Part shown: piece by piece, positions 47,822 to 58,558 of the stretch | Position numbering within the stretch: the first letter of the stretch is position 1 | Layout: each line of letters begins with the position of its first letter | Assembly (NCBI GenBank): GCA_964647565.1 | Contig: CAZYIM010000008.1 | Coordinates: 3,072-67,071, forward strand | Reading direction: 5' to 3' | DNA length: 64,000 nt | Source: an uncultured Methanosarcinales archaeon | Lineage (GTDB): Archaea; Nanobdellota; Nanobdellia; Woesearchaeales; CAZYIM01 | Translations under genes and position numbers: made by a program | Notes under the pieces: model-generated | What the model was told of the DNA's origin: nothing | Database searches by the model: none | Seen by the model: only the letters and a program-made list of their open reading frames with translations

Positions 47822-47941
47822 ACCGGTTCATCGAGGATAATTAGACGAGATTAAACAATAAAATTTATAAAGGAACAAAATTTCCTGAGAAGAGAACTAG
47901 ATTAATAAAAACACGTTAAAAAATAGATATGGAGGATAAAA

Positions 47942-49234
47942 ATGGCAGAAGGAAAACCACATGTAAACCTGGTCTTCATCGGACATGTTGACCACGGTAA
48001 GTCTACAACAGTTGGTAGATTATTGTTCGATACAAAGAATATTGATGAGCAGACCCTTAGAAAACTAAAAGATAAGGCTGCAGAGCTTGGAAAAGCAGGA
48101 TTTGAGTTTGCATTCGTCATGGACAACCTAAAAGAAGAGAGAGAAAGAGGAGTAACCATTGACTTAGCTCATAAGAAATTTGAGACAAATAAGTACTACT
48201 TCACAATAATTGATGCTCCCGGGCACAGGGACTTTATCAAGAATATGATTACAGGCGCTTCACAAGCAGACTGCGCAGTTCTGATAGTCGCTGCAAATGA
48301 CGGTGTTAATGCACAGACAATTGAGCACACCAGGTTATCTAAGATCTTAGGTGTTGGTCAGTTATTGGTTGCAGTAAACAAAATGGATATCTCCGGCGTT
48401 GATTACAGCGAGGAGAGATACAACAAGGTTGTTGAGGAAGTGAAAACTGTTGCTATCCAGGCAGGATGGAAAGAGGACGCACTTAGATTTGTTCCAATTG
48501 CAGCACTTACAGGAGATAATATCGTTGAAAAGAGCGAAAAGATGTCCTGGTGGGCTGGAGACACACTTGCACAGGCTCTTGATAAGTTTGCAGAACCTGA
48601 TAAACCTACAAATCTTCCACTGAGGCTTCCAATCCAGGATGTTTATAACATTACAGGTATTGGTGTTGTTCCAGTAGGAAGAGTGGAATCCGGTGTCATG
48701 AAAATCGGAGACAAGGTTATTGCAGTTCCAGGCAGAGAAGGAAAAGGTGTGCCTGGAGAAGTAAAATCCATAGAGATGCATCATGAGCAACTACAGAAAG
48801 CAGAACCCGGCGACAATGTCGGATTTAACATCAGGGGCTTTGGTAAGAAAGATATTGCCAGAGGAGATGTTATTGGTCCTGCAGACAACATCCCTACAGT
48901 AGTAGAGGAGTTTACTGCTCAGATAATTATATTAAACCACCCAAGTGTTTTGACTGTTGGCTATACGCCGGTCTTCCATATACATACAGCACAGGTTGCA
49001 TGCCAGATTACTGCTATTGAAAAGCAGCTTAATCCTGCAACAGGTGAAGTTGTAAAGGAAAATCCAGACTTTGTCAAGAATGGCGATGCAGCAGTTGTAA
49101 GGGTAAAACCAGTTCAAGGAGTAGTTATTGAGAGCCAAAAGACAATTCCTCAGCTGTCAAGATTTGCTATCAGAGACTCTGGAGCAACAGTAGCGGCAGG
49201 AATGTGTATTGATCTCAAGAAAAAAACAGCTTAG
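47942..49234 (+). CDS. tuf: Elongation factor 1-alpha
   Basis: [30 protein letters not shown]. Confidence 0.98.
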   Translation: MAEGKPHVNLVFIGHVDHGKSTTVGRLLFDTKNIDEQTLRKLKDKAAELGKAGFEFAFVMDNLKEERERGVTIDLAHKKFETNKYYFTIIDAPGHRDFIKNMITGASQADCAVLIVAANDGVNAQTIEHTRLSKILGVGQLLVAVNKMDISGVDYSEERYNKVVEEVKTVAIQAGWKEDALRFVPIAALTGDNIVEKSEKMSWWAGDTLAQALDKFAEPDKPTNLPLRLPIQDVYNITGIGVVPVGRVESGVMKIGDKVIAVPGREGKGVPGEVKSIEMHHEQLQKAEPGDNVGFNIRGFGKKDIARGDVIGPADNIPTVVEEFTAQIIILNHPSVLTVGYTPVFHIHTAQVACQITAIEKQLNPATGEVVKENPDFVKNGDAAVVRVKPVQGVVIESQKTIPQLSRFAIRDSGATVAAGMCIDLKKKTA

Positions 49235-49320
49235 AGTCTCAAAAAAAATTTGTTTTATTTTTTTTAGACTCATGGTGAACTGAGTTTATCATGTGGGTAA
49301 GCAAATAAGGTAACAGAAAA

Positions 49321-49632
49321 ATGCAGAAAGCCAGAATCAAACTAGCAAGTACAGATATTAACAAGATAAATCAGACTTGCGACTATATCAAGGGAATTGC
49401 TGAGAAGACAGGCGTAGTAATGAGAGGACCTATTCCTATGCCAACAAAGAAACTTAAGCTTACCACGCGAAAAAGTCCTTGCGGAGATGGTTCCGCAACT
49501 TGGGACAGATACGAGATGCGGGTTCACAAGCGTCTTATCGATTTGGGTATTGATGAGCGAGCCCTAAGGTTGGTCATGAGAGTGCCTATACCTGAAGGTT
49601 TGAACATTGAGATCGAGATGATCGAGGATTAG
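49321..49632 (+). CDS. rps10: 30S ribosomal protein S10
   Basis: [30 protein letters not shown]. Confidence 0.97.
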   Translation: MQKARIKLASTDINKINQTCDYIKGIAEKTGVVMRGPIPMPTKKLKLTTRKSPCGDGSATWDRYEMRVHKRLIDLGIDERALRLVMRVPIPEGLNIEIEMIED

Positions 49633-49676
49633 TGCCTTTATTTCTTCTTTTTTCATATACTAAATTATAGTCTAGA

Positions 49677-49748
49677 GTCCCGAATGGTTCCGCAATCATT
49701 GATTGCTTGTCATCTGAGGGACTCAATATTGAGATGATCGTTGACTGA
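49677..49748 (+). pseudogene. Diverged remnant of an rps10 3' end
   Basis: Reads RVPNGSAIIDCLSSEGLNIEMIVD* versus rps10 [17 protein letters not shown], with mostly synonymous codon differences. Confidence 0.6.
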
Positions 49749-49910
49749 GCTTGTCTATGGCAACCTCAAAAACATTGTTATGTTTTTGTTGGTATATAAA
49801 GTTGAGCTTTATATGCCCCAAAATATTTATTTAACAAATTTCTCGTGTAGGAGTAATTCTTTATTTTTTTCTATTAAATATTTAAACATAATTAGATTAC
49901 CCCTTATAAA

Positions 49911-50495
49911 ATGGAGATGAATCCGCCATATAAGCATATAAAACAGCTTCCATACTGTTGTGTTCCTGCCTCTTTGAGTATGATTTTAGATAGGCGAGGT
50001 ATAGCTCATGATAGCCAGGAACAGATAGGTTGGGAATTAGGTCTTGTCATTCCTTCTGAAGTTGTAAAACAGTTTACTCTTGCTAGGACTGCGAAAATAA
50101 AGCCTAAGGCTGGTTGGGGTACTCAGGTAAATAAGCCAAAATATTCTCTTAATAACTATTTTATCAAGAAAGGTATTGATCTTGTTGAGCAAAACTATTT
50201 TATAGGCGATATAGGAGATGTTCCTGAATTTATCCTTGGTAATATTAAAAATGATATTGATATGGTGGTCTGTTTTAACCATAAGCAGCTAAGACCAGAC
50301 AAAGATGATACTGGACATGTGGCTGTTATCCAGGAGTTTAGGGATGCAGAAGTAGTTCTTGTTGATCCGAGGATGGATGAAGAACAATCTATAGTTGAGT
50401 ATAAGAAGCTGATCCATGCTATGCAATATCACGGTAGAAAAAATGGTGCGGGATTCTGGTGTATTGGTGAGAGAAAACAACACGGTCTTGGGTAA
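49911..50495 (+). CDS. C39-like cysteine peptidase
   Basis: Q...CC.PASL.MIL, GHVAVI, LVDP. Confidence 0.7.
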   Translation: MEMNPPYKHIKQLPYCCVPASLSMILDRRGIAHDSQEQIGWELGLVIPSEVVKQFTLARTAKIKPKAGWGTQVNKPKYSLNNYFIKKGIDLVEQNYFIGDIGDVPEFILGNIKNDIDMVVCFNHKQLRPDKDDTGHVAVIQEFRDAEVVLVDPRMDEEQSIVEYKKLIHAMQYHGRKNGAGFWCIGERKQHGLG

Positions 50496-50579
50496 GGAAG
50501 TGACAGGAGATACTTAGATTGCTCTGAGGAATTGTTGTTCTGGGTAAACTTTTTAATATTAGTTGTTTTTCTTTTTCTC

Positions 50580-51987
50580 ATGGTGAAAGTTCTTTTCATC
50601 CAGAATATTCAGAGGGAACATTATGCAGTCATGCTTTTATCTGCAGTATTGTTGAAATACGGACATGAGACAGATTTAGTTCTAGGCAGTTTTAAAGAAA
50701 TAAGGTGCAAAATCAGGAGCTATAAACCTGATTTGATTACTATATCTGCAATGTATCCTGAGAAGGCTTGGGTCGAAAGGGTATGTAGATATATCAAGAG
50801 GTTTGTGAATATTCCTATTGTGGTGGGCGGAGCAATTGCAATGTCAACACCAGGTCTTGTAAATGATCCGAATATTGATGCATTGGTCTGTGGGGAAGGC
50901 GAAAAAGCTGTTGTGGCAATTGCAGATAGGATACATACGGGCAGGGATCTAACTAACATACACAATGTGTTGCTCGAGCTCAGCTCTGCGAAAATCCCTG
51001 CTAAACATGCAGTCGTGGCTGATCTGGATGGCTTGCCCTTTGCGGACAGAGTACATCTACGCCAGGAATAAGGGTGTAGACCCGTTCAATGTTCCTTCCT
51101 TTGAAGGATCTAGAGGATGTCCGTTCTGCTGTACTTTCTGTATGTATAATCAACTGAAGTTAAAACATAGCTATCCGATCCAAACAAGAAGAAAGGCGGT
51201 TGAGAATATTATTCAAGAGCTTAAATCAGTCAAGGCAAAGCAAAATCCGAGGATGCTGCGGTTTATCGACAGCATTTTTACCTCAGATAGAAAATGGCTG
51301 TTAGCTTTCCTTAAACGTTATAGATGTGAGATTGATATTCCCTTTATTTGCGATGCACATTTTAACCTTCTGGATGAGGAGATTATTATGGAACTTAAAT
51401 CCGCTAACTGTCACAACCTAATGCTGGGCATAGAGTCTGGAAATGATTTTGTCAGAAATAATGTTCTTGGAAAGAAAATCGAGGCCTCTCGTATACTTGC
51501 CATTTCTAAGCTGTTGCAAAAACATAATCTGGCATTTGGGTCTTTGAACATGATGGGCATGCCTGAAGAGAGATTTTATCAGGCTATCCAGACTATTCGC
51601 ATAAATCAGAAGATCCGGCCAGACTACCTTTTCGTCGAGTTATTTATGCCATATCCTGGTCTCGATATAACTAAACGTGCTTTGGCAAAGGATTTGCTGG
51701 ATGATGAAAAACTTACCTTGTTGTCTTCCAGGAAACATAAGATGATGCGAAGCCTGCTTTCACAAAAAGACATATGTAAGGTTTCCAATCTCCACAAGTT
51801 CTCAATCTGGCTTGTCCGATTCCCTTTCCTCGAACCTTTGGTTCGTTTCTTGGTTCTTCTTCCAGAAAACAGGATTTTTGATTATCTATACGCGTTTTCT
51901 TTGTATGTAGAATTTAAAAAATATTCAGGATTCAGTTTTTTTAAGACCTTGAGTGCTGCTTTCAGGAATTTCAAAGCATTAAACTGA
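50580..51987 (+). pseudogene. B12-binding radical SAM gene split by a frameshift at ~51050
   Basis: First frame ends DLDGLPFADR, second continues EYIY..SRGCPFCCTFC; adding 2 nt (AG) restores DREYIY. Confidence 0.8.
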
Positions 51988-52032
51988 TCGGTGTTGTGTT
52001 ACGGCTGGCATATCAGTGAGCGGACATAATGA

Positions 52033-52305
52033 TCATTTCTTTCTTGGATCATATTTTTTGTATTGGCAGCCATCCTTTTCTACAATCCAGACTGGATCAC
52101 CATGATCTTGTCCGAACCAAGGCACAATCTTGTAGGTTAGTTTATAGGCTTCTGGAAAGTCTATGAAATCAAAAATATGGCATTCAATCACATCCTTGGC
52201 TTTTTCTACTGAACTGCTTAGAATGGGTTTGCGCCCTCCGAGAATGCCAGAAGAATTCTCTATATCAGGATCTCCAACAATAATTGCATATAGGTCGTCT
52301 GCCAT
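52033..52305 (-). CDS. Hypothetical protein
   Basis: 90-aa ORF, co-oriented with its neighbour. Confidence 0.55.
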   Translation of the reverse strand: MADDLYAIIVGDPDIENSSGILGGRKPILSSSVEKAKDVIECHIFDFIDFPEAYKLTYKIVPWFGQDHGDPVWIVEKDGCQYKKYDPRKK

Positions 52306-52312
52306 CTTAGAA

Positions 52313-52654
52313 CTATATTAAATCACTGAACATGTCGTTGAAATAGGCTTTTCTGTAGGTCTCTTTTACTGGATCATGATCTGGTAGTTCAGATTCTTTG
52401 ATGATAAAATATCCCATATCGAGCATCTGGCCAAGGATGGTGTTCAATGTGTTTTTCTCACCGCCCACTTGGTTTCGGACCATGATTGGCAGGTTAAATG
52501 CCTCTAGAAAGGTTTCTTGTGCTGATTTCAACATATTAGCATCAACATCATTTGTTTTTCTTGCTTCTAATAGTTTGTGATAGGTCTGGTTTACCTTTTC
52601 ATTAAGTTGTTCAGCTTGTTTATATAGGTCCGATTGCTGGTTTATTTCAGCCAT
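52313..52654 (-). CDS. Hypothetical protein
   Basis: 113-aa ORF, TATA upstream. Confidence 0.6.
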   Translation of the reverse strand: MAEINQQSDLYKQAEQLNEKVNQTYHKLLEARKTNDVDANMLKSAQETFLEAFNLPIMVRNQVGGEKNTLNTILGQMLDMGYFIIKESELPDHDPVKETYRKAYFNDMFSDLI

Positions 52655-52747
52655 ACAGATTAGAAATGTACTTGCATATAAAATAGTTATGTATTTTTAC
52701 CTATAAAATTCAAAAAATTTAAAAATTAAAGTAATCATTAATTTTAT

Positions 52748-53077
52748 ATGGGTGTTTCAGAAAGGACATTAGAAGAGGACGAGGCCAAGATAGACAATAT
52801 ATTGCATAAGATTCTAAAACTTAATGAGAAGATTGAGTTTCTCTCTAAGCAGGCAGATGAGGCGAGTGAAAAGAAGTTTGTTCGGGAAAGGATGAGGATG
52901 ATCAACATCATGACTCAGACTGTACACAATCTTGCCTGGCTAGCTGATGATATCGAGCTCAAGGACATGGAACTTACCAAGGAACTTGAGACTAAGATAA
53001 AGGACCGGCTCAGATCAGCTATTACCAATATCAACAAGGCTACTGAGATGTTTGGCAAGGAAGAGGGAAATATTTAG
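52748..53077 (+). CDS. Coiled-coil hypothetical protein
   Basis: 109-aa helical ORF. Confidence 0.6.
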   Translation: MGVSERTLEEDEAKIDNILHKILKLNEKIEFLSKQADEASEKKFVRERMRMINIMTQTVHNLAWLADDIELKDMELTKELETKIKDRLRSAITNINKATEMFGKEEGNI

Positions 53078-53107
53078 CGAGTCTTTCCAGAGCCATAAAG
53101 AGGTTAT

Positions 53108-56100
53108 ATGATTAAAAATCATGTTTATTCTTTGTCTGTCGTGGCGATTGTTGCATTGGTTGCAATTGTCGTAATGATAATTCAATCGATCTACAATCCT
53201 GTTTATCCTAACTTTGACAAGACTCTTGCAGGCCAGGCTTATAGTGATGGGAATGTTCCTGATCAAACAGGCCCCTTTTCAGGGCATGTACAAGAGATTC
53301 ATTTGGATAAGCGTCAGATATATCTGATTTCGTTTAATGTCCTGCCAGAGGATACACGCATTTCAAATGTATTTAAAGAACATCTGGGTGATATCATTTT
53401 TCAATCAGCAGATAGAAGCCAGACTTATTCTGGCGAAGAAAATATAGACTTTAAACAACCATACTTGATCTATCCAAAAAGCACTCCATTAACAATAGAA
53501 ATAACAGGTAAAAAAGTGGTGGCAGATTATGTTTTTAGGTTAAATAAAGGTACGAATTATCTTGCATATCCTTTAGATGTTGAAGTCAGTACTGATGAAT
53601 TCTTTGAGGAGTTTAAAGAAAAAATATTGTTAGTCAAGGATAGTCATGGGACGACATATATCCCTGGTTATAATCTGGATACACTGAAAGTCATTAAGCC
53701 CGGCGATGGCTATTATGTTGAAATGCTGTCAGAGGCAGAGATAGATTTTGGTGATTATCTTCCTGATTGTGGAGATCAATCCGGAATAATTTGCAGTAAA
53801 AACAAGATCTGCGAAGGGGACATAGTGGAGGCAAGTGATACAGAAGAATGCTGCATGGGAACATGCGCCCTGCCTAAACTCGAAGATACAATAACCGTAT
53901 ATGTCAGCAGTATGCCTTCAAATATTATTTGTGCAAATCAAATGGACGGACCGCATAAAGCAGAACTTACATTGACTGGTACATCTAAAACAGATCCTCG
54001 ATTCACAGTTGAAGCCAAAGTTTCGTACGAATCTCAAAACAGATTTCATTCAGACACCATAAAAAATCTTAATGGTGAGTGGATAATTGATGATATTGAA
54101 TATTCTCCAAATAACTTTGATTCCCCAATTCTTATCGCTACAGAAATTGACTATCCGGGTTTGTCAGAATGCCTTGCAGTTCAAACTCAAGGTGAAGAAT
54201 ATATGATGGATTGGCACATCTCAGGTATGGCAACTCCTAGTGTAAAACCCGTATTATTGCCAAGGTTAATGTCAAAACCCTTTGCAGGAAACAAGAAGAT
54301 TTTGGTAATCAAAGGAAGACACACTCCTGAATATGATCCTGATGCCTACCCCTATCTGAATAATGCTGAATACTATCAAAACCTGTTTGATTATTTTTCT
54401 CTTGCAATGAAACGAATGTCTGACAACCAACTAAATTTGAACTATGAATTCAAGGAAGCTTTTTATGAGATTCCGTTTGAAAACCCGTCTGAAGTTGACT
54501 GTCTTGGAGACAACCAGTGCAAGACAGAACTGACCAGGAATTTGTTGACAGACCTGGGAATAACTGAAGACAATTATATGGATGATGACTATGACATGAT
54601 TTTTATCACATTCTACTATTCTATGATACAACAATTCAAGCGAAATGCATATATGTCTGGCTCAGTAGTATACAGAGAAGGCTGCCCCCAGTGTGAATGG
54701 GTGTCATTCAATCCTGATGTAAGTCAGAACCTTCCTAACTTCATACACGAATTAGGACATACTTTTTTCAGTCATCCTGTTATGCGCCACAGCATACCTG
54801 ATGGTTCTCCAGACAAAGTAACGGATATACACTTAGGATTAGATGGAACTAAGGGATTTTATGATCCTGAAAAACCAACATGGTATGCACATCCTTATGC
54901 TATGGGCCAAGGTGGTTTGCGATTTAATCTTTTGCATCAAGCTGCTCTTGGTTGGCTTAAAGGTTCTCAGGTAACAACAATCACAGAATCAGGAGTGTAT
55001 GATGTATATTCAGACAATCCTGATATGACTTCTGATCCTGCAAAGCCATTAATCCTTCAAATTTTAGTACATTACCAAGGAAAACCTGTCTATGTGTATA
55101 TAACTCTTCCAAACATCGAATTCACTGAACCTTTTAAGGGAACCTCACCTATGCCCTGGGAATATACAGAGTACAGTAGCATTGAAAGTAACCTTGCAGA
55201 TCACCTTCGCAAGGGCATCCAGCTTTGGTCTGTTCCACTTAGGTCTGATTACCACACCCATGGCCATACAGCCCATTTATACAGTTACAATAATGACCAA
55301 GAATACTATCTTGACTTTTGGGATAGTGCAATTCTACCTGGAAAAGAAGTCCATCTGCAATGGGAAGGAACTGATCTTATTCTTAGGAATATTGAACGTA
55401 ATGGAAACCATGCAAAGGTTGAGGTGATCTATGATCCAGTTCCGTTGATTTGTTCAGACCAATCAGGAGTGATCTGCGCGAGTAATGAGATTTGTGATGG
55501 AGAGACAGTAGAAGCTGGCGACACAGCTGAATGCTGCATGGGAACATGTAAAGAGGCACACAAAACATTATTCATACTTGCAGAGTTTATTGGACAACCT
55601 ATTGTCAGCATGGCTGATACTGAAAAAATGGTATCTATGTTCGAGGATTACATGAAGGAGAACTCTTATGGTAAATATCTGATTGACAGTGAGATCCTTG
55701 GCCCTTACCAGATTGATGTTGATATCTGTGAGTTGAAGAATAACAGGCAGGAAATAGTCAGGCTGGCTTTGGCTGCTGCAGACCAAGAATATCATATAGA
55801 TGATGATGTGAATGTTGTTGTGATACACAATCAGGGCAATGACTGCCTGATACACGGAGGAGAAGCCTATTCTTATAAAACATATAACATACCACGGCCT
55901 GTAAATATCAACCCTATACGCGTCAACCCAGGGGCTTTTAAATCTTATATTGAAATCGCGGTTCATGAATTTGGTCATGCCTTGACATTGCCTGATCAGG
56001 GCATTGGGCATCCTAGCGGCATATATTGTCCGCTTGAGGGGAGGAATGATGTCCTTCTGAGCAATTCCTGTATTTCTGGTCTTGGAAGTAATTTTGAATT

Positions 56101-56587
56101 TGGTCCGATGGGTAAAGGCGGTTTACTCCAATTGCCTCTTCCACATTATAGGGCTTGTGTAAAATTAAGAAAAGGATTCCTGACAGAAGAGGATTTCATT
56201 GTATCTGACCAGGGAACTCACACCATCATCCCCATTGAAAGCCAGAGTGCAGGAAAGAAATTAATTATTATCCCTGTTCCACAGATTTTTAATACAGTCA
56301 GCACCAATTATGGATATGACTTTAATGATATTGGCAATATAACTCTGGAGTTCAGGGAACCAGACAAGATATTAACACATGTACTGTATGTTATTGAGCA
56401 TGATCCTGGTGGCTGGGGCTGCAACAGGGTTTTAGCAGAATACGACAGACTCTGGGCAAATCCTGCTTCTCTTGAGGTTGGAAAAACTTATTATATTAAC
56501 AATAATGGAGTAGATGAGATATCGATCACAGTCAATGAGATTGTAAATAATGACCACGCATCGATAACTGTGAATCGGCTTGTGTGA
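53108..56587 (+). CDS. Large membrane-anchored protein with two zinc metalloprotease domains (M6/M11-like)
   Basis: N-terminal TM; IHELGH and VHEFGH, each followed by a distal His and a Met-turn-like MG; duplicated 6-Cys module at 53768-53866 and 55451-55549. Confidence 0.8.
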   Translation: MIKNHVYSLSVVAIVALVAIVVMIIQSIYNPVYPNFDKTLAGQAYSDGNVPDQTGPFSGHVQEIHLDKRQIYLISFNVLPEDTRISNVFKEHLGDIIFQSADRSQTYSGEENIDFKQPYLIYPKSTPLTIEITGKKVVADYVFRLNKGTNYLAYPLDVEVSTDEFFEEFKEKILLVKDSHGTTYIPGYNLDTLKVIKPGDGYYVEMLSEAEIDFGDYLPDCGDQSGIICSKNKICEGDIVEASDTEECCMGTCALPKLEDTITVYVSSMPSNIICANQMDGPHKAELTLTGTSKTDPRFTVEAKVSYESQNRFHSDTIKNLNGEWIIDDIEYSPNNFDSPILIATEIDYPGLSECLAVQTQGEEYMMDWHISGMATPSVKPVLLPRLMSKPFAGNKKILVIKGRHTPEYDPDAYPYLNNAEYYQNLFDYFSLAMKRMSDNQLNLNYEFKEAFYEIPFENPSEVDCLGDNQCKTELTRNLLTDLGITEDNYMDDDYDMIFITFYYSMIQQFKRNAYMSGSVVYREGCPQCEWVSFNPDVSQNLPNFIHELGHTFFSHPVMRHSIPDGSPDKVTDIHLGLDGTKGFYDPEKPTWYAHPYAMGQGGLRFNLLHQAALGWLKGSQVTTITESGVYDVYSDNPDMTSDPAKPLILQILVHYQGKPVYVYITLPNIEFTEPFKGTSPMPWEYTEYSSIESNLADHLRKGIQLWSVPLRSDYHTHGHTAHLYSYNNDQEYYLDFWDSAILPGKEVHLQWEGTDLILRNIERNGNHAKVEVIYDPVPLICSDQSGVICASNEICDGETVEAGDTAECCMGTCKEAHKTLFILAEFIGQPIVSMADTEKMVSMFEDYMKENSYGKYLIDSEILGPYQIDVDICELKNNRQEIVRLALAAADQEYHIDDDVNVVVIHNQGNDCLIHGGEAYSYKTYNIPRPVNINPIRVNPGAFKSYIEIAVHEFGHALTLPDQGIGHPSGIYCPLEGRNDVLLSNSCISGLGSNFEFGPMGKGGLLQLPLPHYRACVKLRKGFLTEEDFIVSDQGTHTIIPIESQSAGKKLIIIPVPQIFNTVSTNYGYDFNDIGNITLEFREPDKILTHVLYVIEHDPGGWGCNRVLAEYDRLWANPASLEVGKTYYINNNGVDEISITVNEIVNNDHASITVNRLV

Positions 56588-56611
56588 TTAATTTTAAGAA
56601 TTATTAGTTGG

Positions 56612-56709
56612 TTTTCTTTATTTTGGCTACAAAAAAACCTTGTCACTTTGTTCCTTGAGTTTTTTCGTGCGTATCTATATTTTCTTTATTTTGGCTACAA
56701 AAAAACCTT
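56612..56709. repeat. 30-bp direct repeat of the RsmB-family gene 3' end around a 38-bp insert
   Basis: TTTTCTTTATTTTGGCTACAAAAAAACCTT at 56612-56641 and 56680-56709. Confidence 0.92.
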
Positions 56710-57625
56710 CTGTGTCGTTGTCCTGGGGGTAGATTCTTAGGCAATGCTTAACAGACGGATGGATATCTATGTTCTCCCATTTTGTGATCGGGTCTGACTG
56801 CTTTATTTTCAGTTTTATTGGCATCAACTTGGCGTTATCAAAGTTTTTTAGTAAGCTGCTGACCATGCCTTCATCTTCAAGAGGCTCAAGGGTGCAGGTT
56901 GAGTATACCAAGGTTCCGCCTGGCTTGAGTACTTTGAATCCTGATTCTAGTAATCTCGACTGTAGTCCTGCCATTTGTTTGACTGAGTTGGGAGACCACA
57001 TTTTCAGGGTTTTTAGGGATCTTCTGATAGTGCCAGTTGCACTGCAGGGTGCATCTACAAGCACTTTATCAAACTCTGTTTTCTTGAACCAGTTTCCAGA
57101 CATCTGTGTTAGGATGGCATTGTGTACTCCGCATCTTTCCATGTTAAGGCCAAGAGCCTTTATCCGGTCGCCCAGTAGTTCATTGGAAATAAGAAGTCCC
57201 TTATTTTTCATCATGCCTGCGATTTGGGTTGATTTTGAGCCTGGAGCTGCACACATATCCAGAACCATTTCATCTGGCTTGGGATCCAGGACAACAGGAG
57301 GTATCATGGATGCAGCATCCTGCACATAGATATAGCCGAGATTGTGTTCTGGTGTGTTGCCAATGTCAAATCGTTTCTTGTCTTTGTATTCTATCCAAAA
57401 ACCCTCTTTGCACCAGGGAACTGGGATTAGCTTCCAGTTTCTAGAAAGACGTTTCTTTAGATTGGGGATAGGGATCTTCAGAGTGTTGACCCGGATGCAT
57501 TTTCTGATGTATGATAATGAGTATTCCATGAACTCATCATATCTATTTCCAAGAAGCTGCTTGTAATGTTCAACAAACTTATCCTTGATCTCAATCTTTT
57601 CACGGTCAGGGATTGGTTCTAACAT
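56675..57625 (-). CDS. RsmB/NOP2-family RNA m5C methyltransferase
   Basis: QDAASM, LDMCAAPGSK, LVDAPCS, VYSTCT, GFFVA. Confidence 0.96.
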   Translation of the reverse strand: MLEPIPDREKIEIKDKFVEHYKQLLGNRYDEFMEYSLSYIRKCIRVNTLKIPIPNLKKRLSRNWKLIPVPWCKEGFWIEYKDKKRFDIGNTPEHNLGYIYVQDAASMIPPVVLDPKPDEMVLDMCAAPGSKSTQIAGMMKNKGLLISNELLGDRIKALGLNMERCGVHNAILTQMSGNWFKKTEFDKVLVDAPCSATGTIRRSLKTLKMWSPNSVKQMAGLQSRLLESGFKVLKPGGTLVYSTCTLEPLEDEGMVSSLLKNFDNAKLMPIKLKIKQSDPITKWENIDIHPSVKHCLRIYPQDNDTEGFFVAKIKKI

Positions 57626-57626
57626 T

Positions 57627-58490
57627 TTAATATAGAAAAAGTATATTATTAAATGTTTTTTGGAAACTTTGGAGATTTTTTTTCTCAGGTAGTCGCGGGT
57701 CTAGATAAAATGGATTGATTTCTGATTTCAAATAGGCTATTGAAACTTCAAGCTGGTAATTCTCATCCATCTGCTTTTGCCTTTCCAAGATTCCTGGAAA
57801 TCTCTTGGTTACGTTCCTATTGATCCCATCTGGCAAGGGTTGGATATAAGTTGAGTACAGGTTTTCAGCAGCAGCCACATATCTTTGTTTCATGGTTTCT
57901 AAAGAGTCTGCTATCGTAGTAATTTTACCAATATCTAAATCCAATACGGGGATTCCTGCGTCTATCAGACTAAGAAGAATTGATGAAAAGCTGTTGGTGC
58001 CTCTGGAGTAGAAATCAGTTGTGAATTTTATCTTGTTTACAAGAGCATCTATCTGGATCGTTTCATAATTATTTGATATTGGTGTGTCGACAGATACAAG
58101 AGCTTTGATATCCTTAGCTTGATACTTGTTCATCCTTATGCAGCCATGGCTCATGGCATAGCCAAGGGTGTAATCCTCGTGAAAACCGTGTACTGCAAAT
58201 GCTGCCTTTCTGTTTTCATCAAACACAAGTACTGTGCCGGAATATGCTCCGCCTGTATCTTCAATACGGATTATCTTATAATCGCCGATTGGTGTTGGAG
58301 TGGACGGCTTGCCTACTGCAATCTTGTGATGGCTTACAAGTGAGTCGTTCTTGAAGAACTCCAGTTGGAACTTAGGGATATTTGTGGTTATCTTATAGGA
58401 ATCTTTTTTTGGTTTATCCTGAGCAAATCCAGTACCTAATGATAACATAGAGAAAAGAAAGGTGAAAGCTGCGGTCTTCCATCGCTTCAT
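57627..58490 (-). CDS. Secreted L,D-transpeptidase (YkuD-domain) protein
   Basis: Signal peptide; IAVGK..TPTP.G, VHG and SHGCIRM catalytic motif. Confidence 0.9.
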   Translation of the reverse strand: MKRWKTAAFTFLFSMLSLGTGFAQDKPKKDSYKITTNIPKFQLEFFKNDSLVSHHKIAVGKPSTPTPIGDYKIIRIEDTGGAYSGTVLVFDENRKAAFAVHGFHEDYTLGYAMSHGCIRMNKYQAKDIKALVSVDTPISNNYETIQIDALVNKIKFTTDFYSRGTNSFSSILLSLIDAGIPVLDLDIGKITTIADSLETMKQRYVAAAENLYSTYIQPLPDGINRNVTKRFPGILERQKQMDENYQLEVSIAYLKSEINPFYLDPRLPEKKNLQSFQKTFNNILFLY

Positions 58491-58558
58491 ACTGTTTTTA
58501 AGAATAACTACTATTTAAACCTTAGGGATAGGAGATGAGACCTTTTTTAAATCAAATT

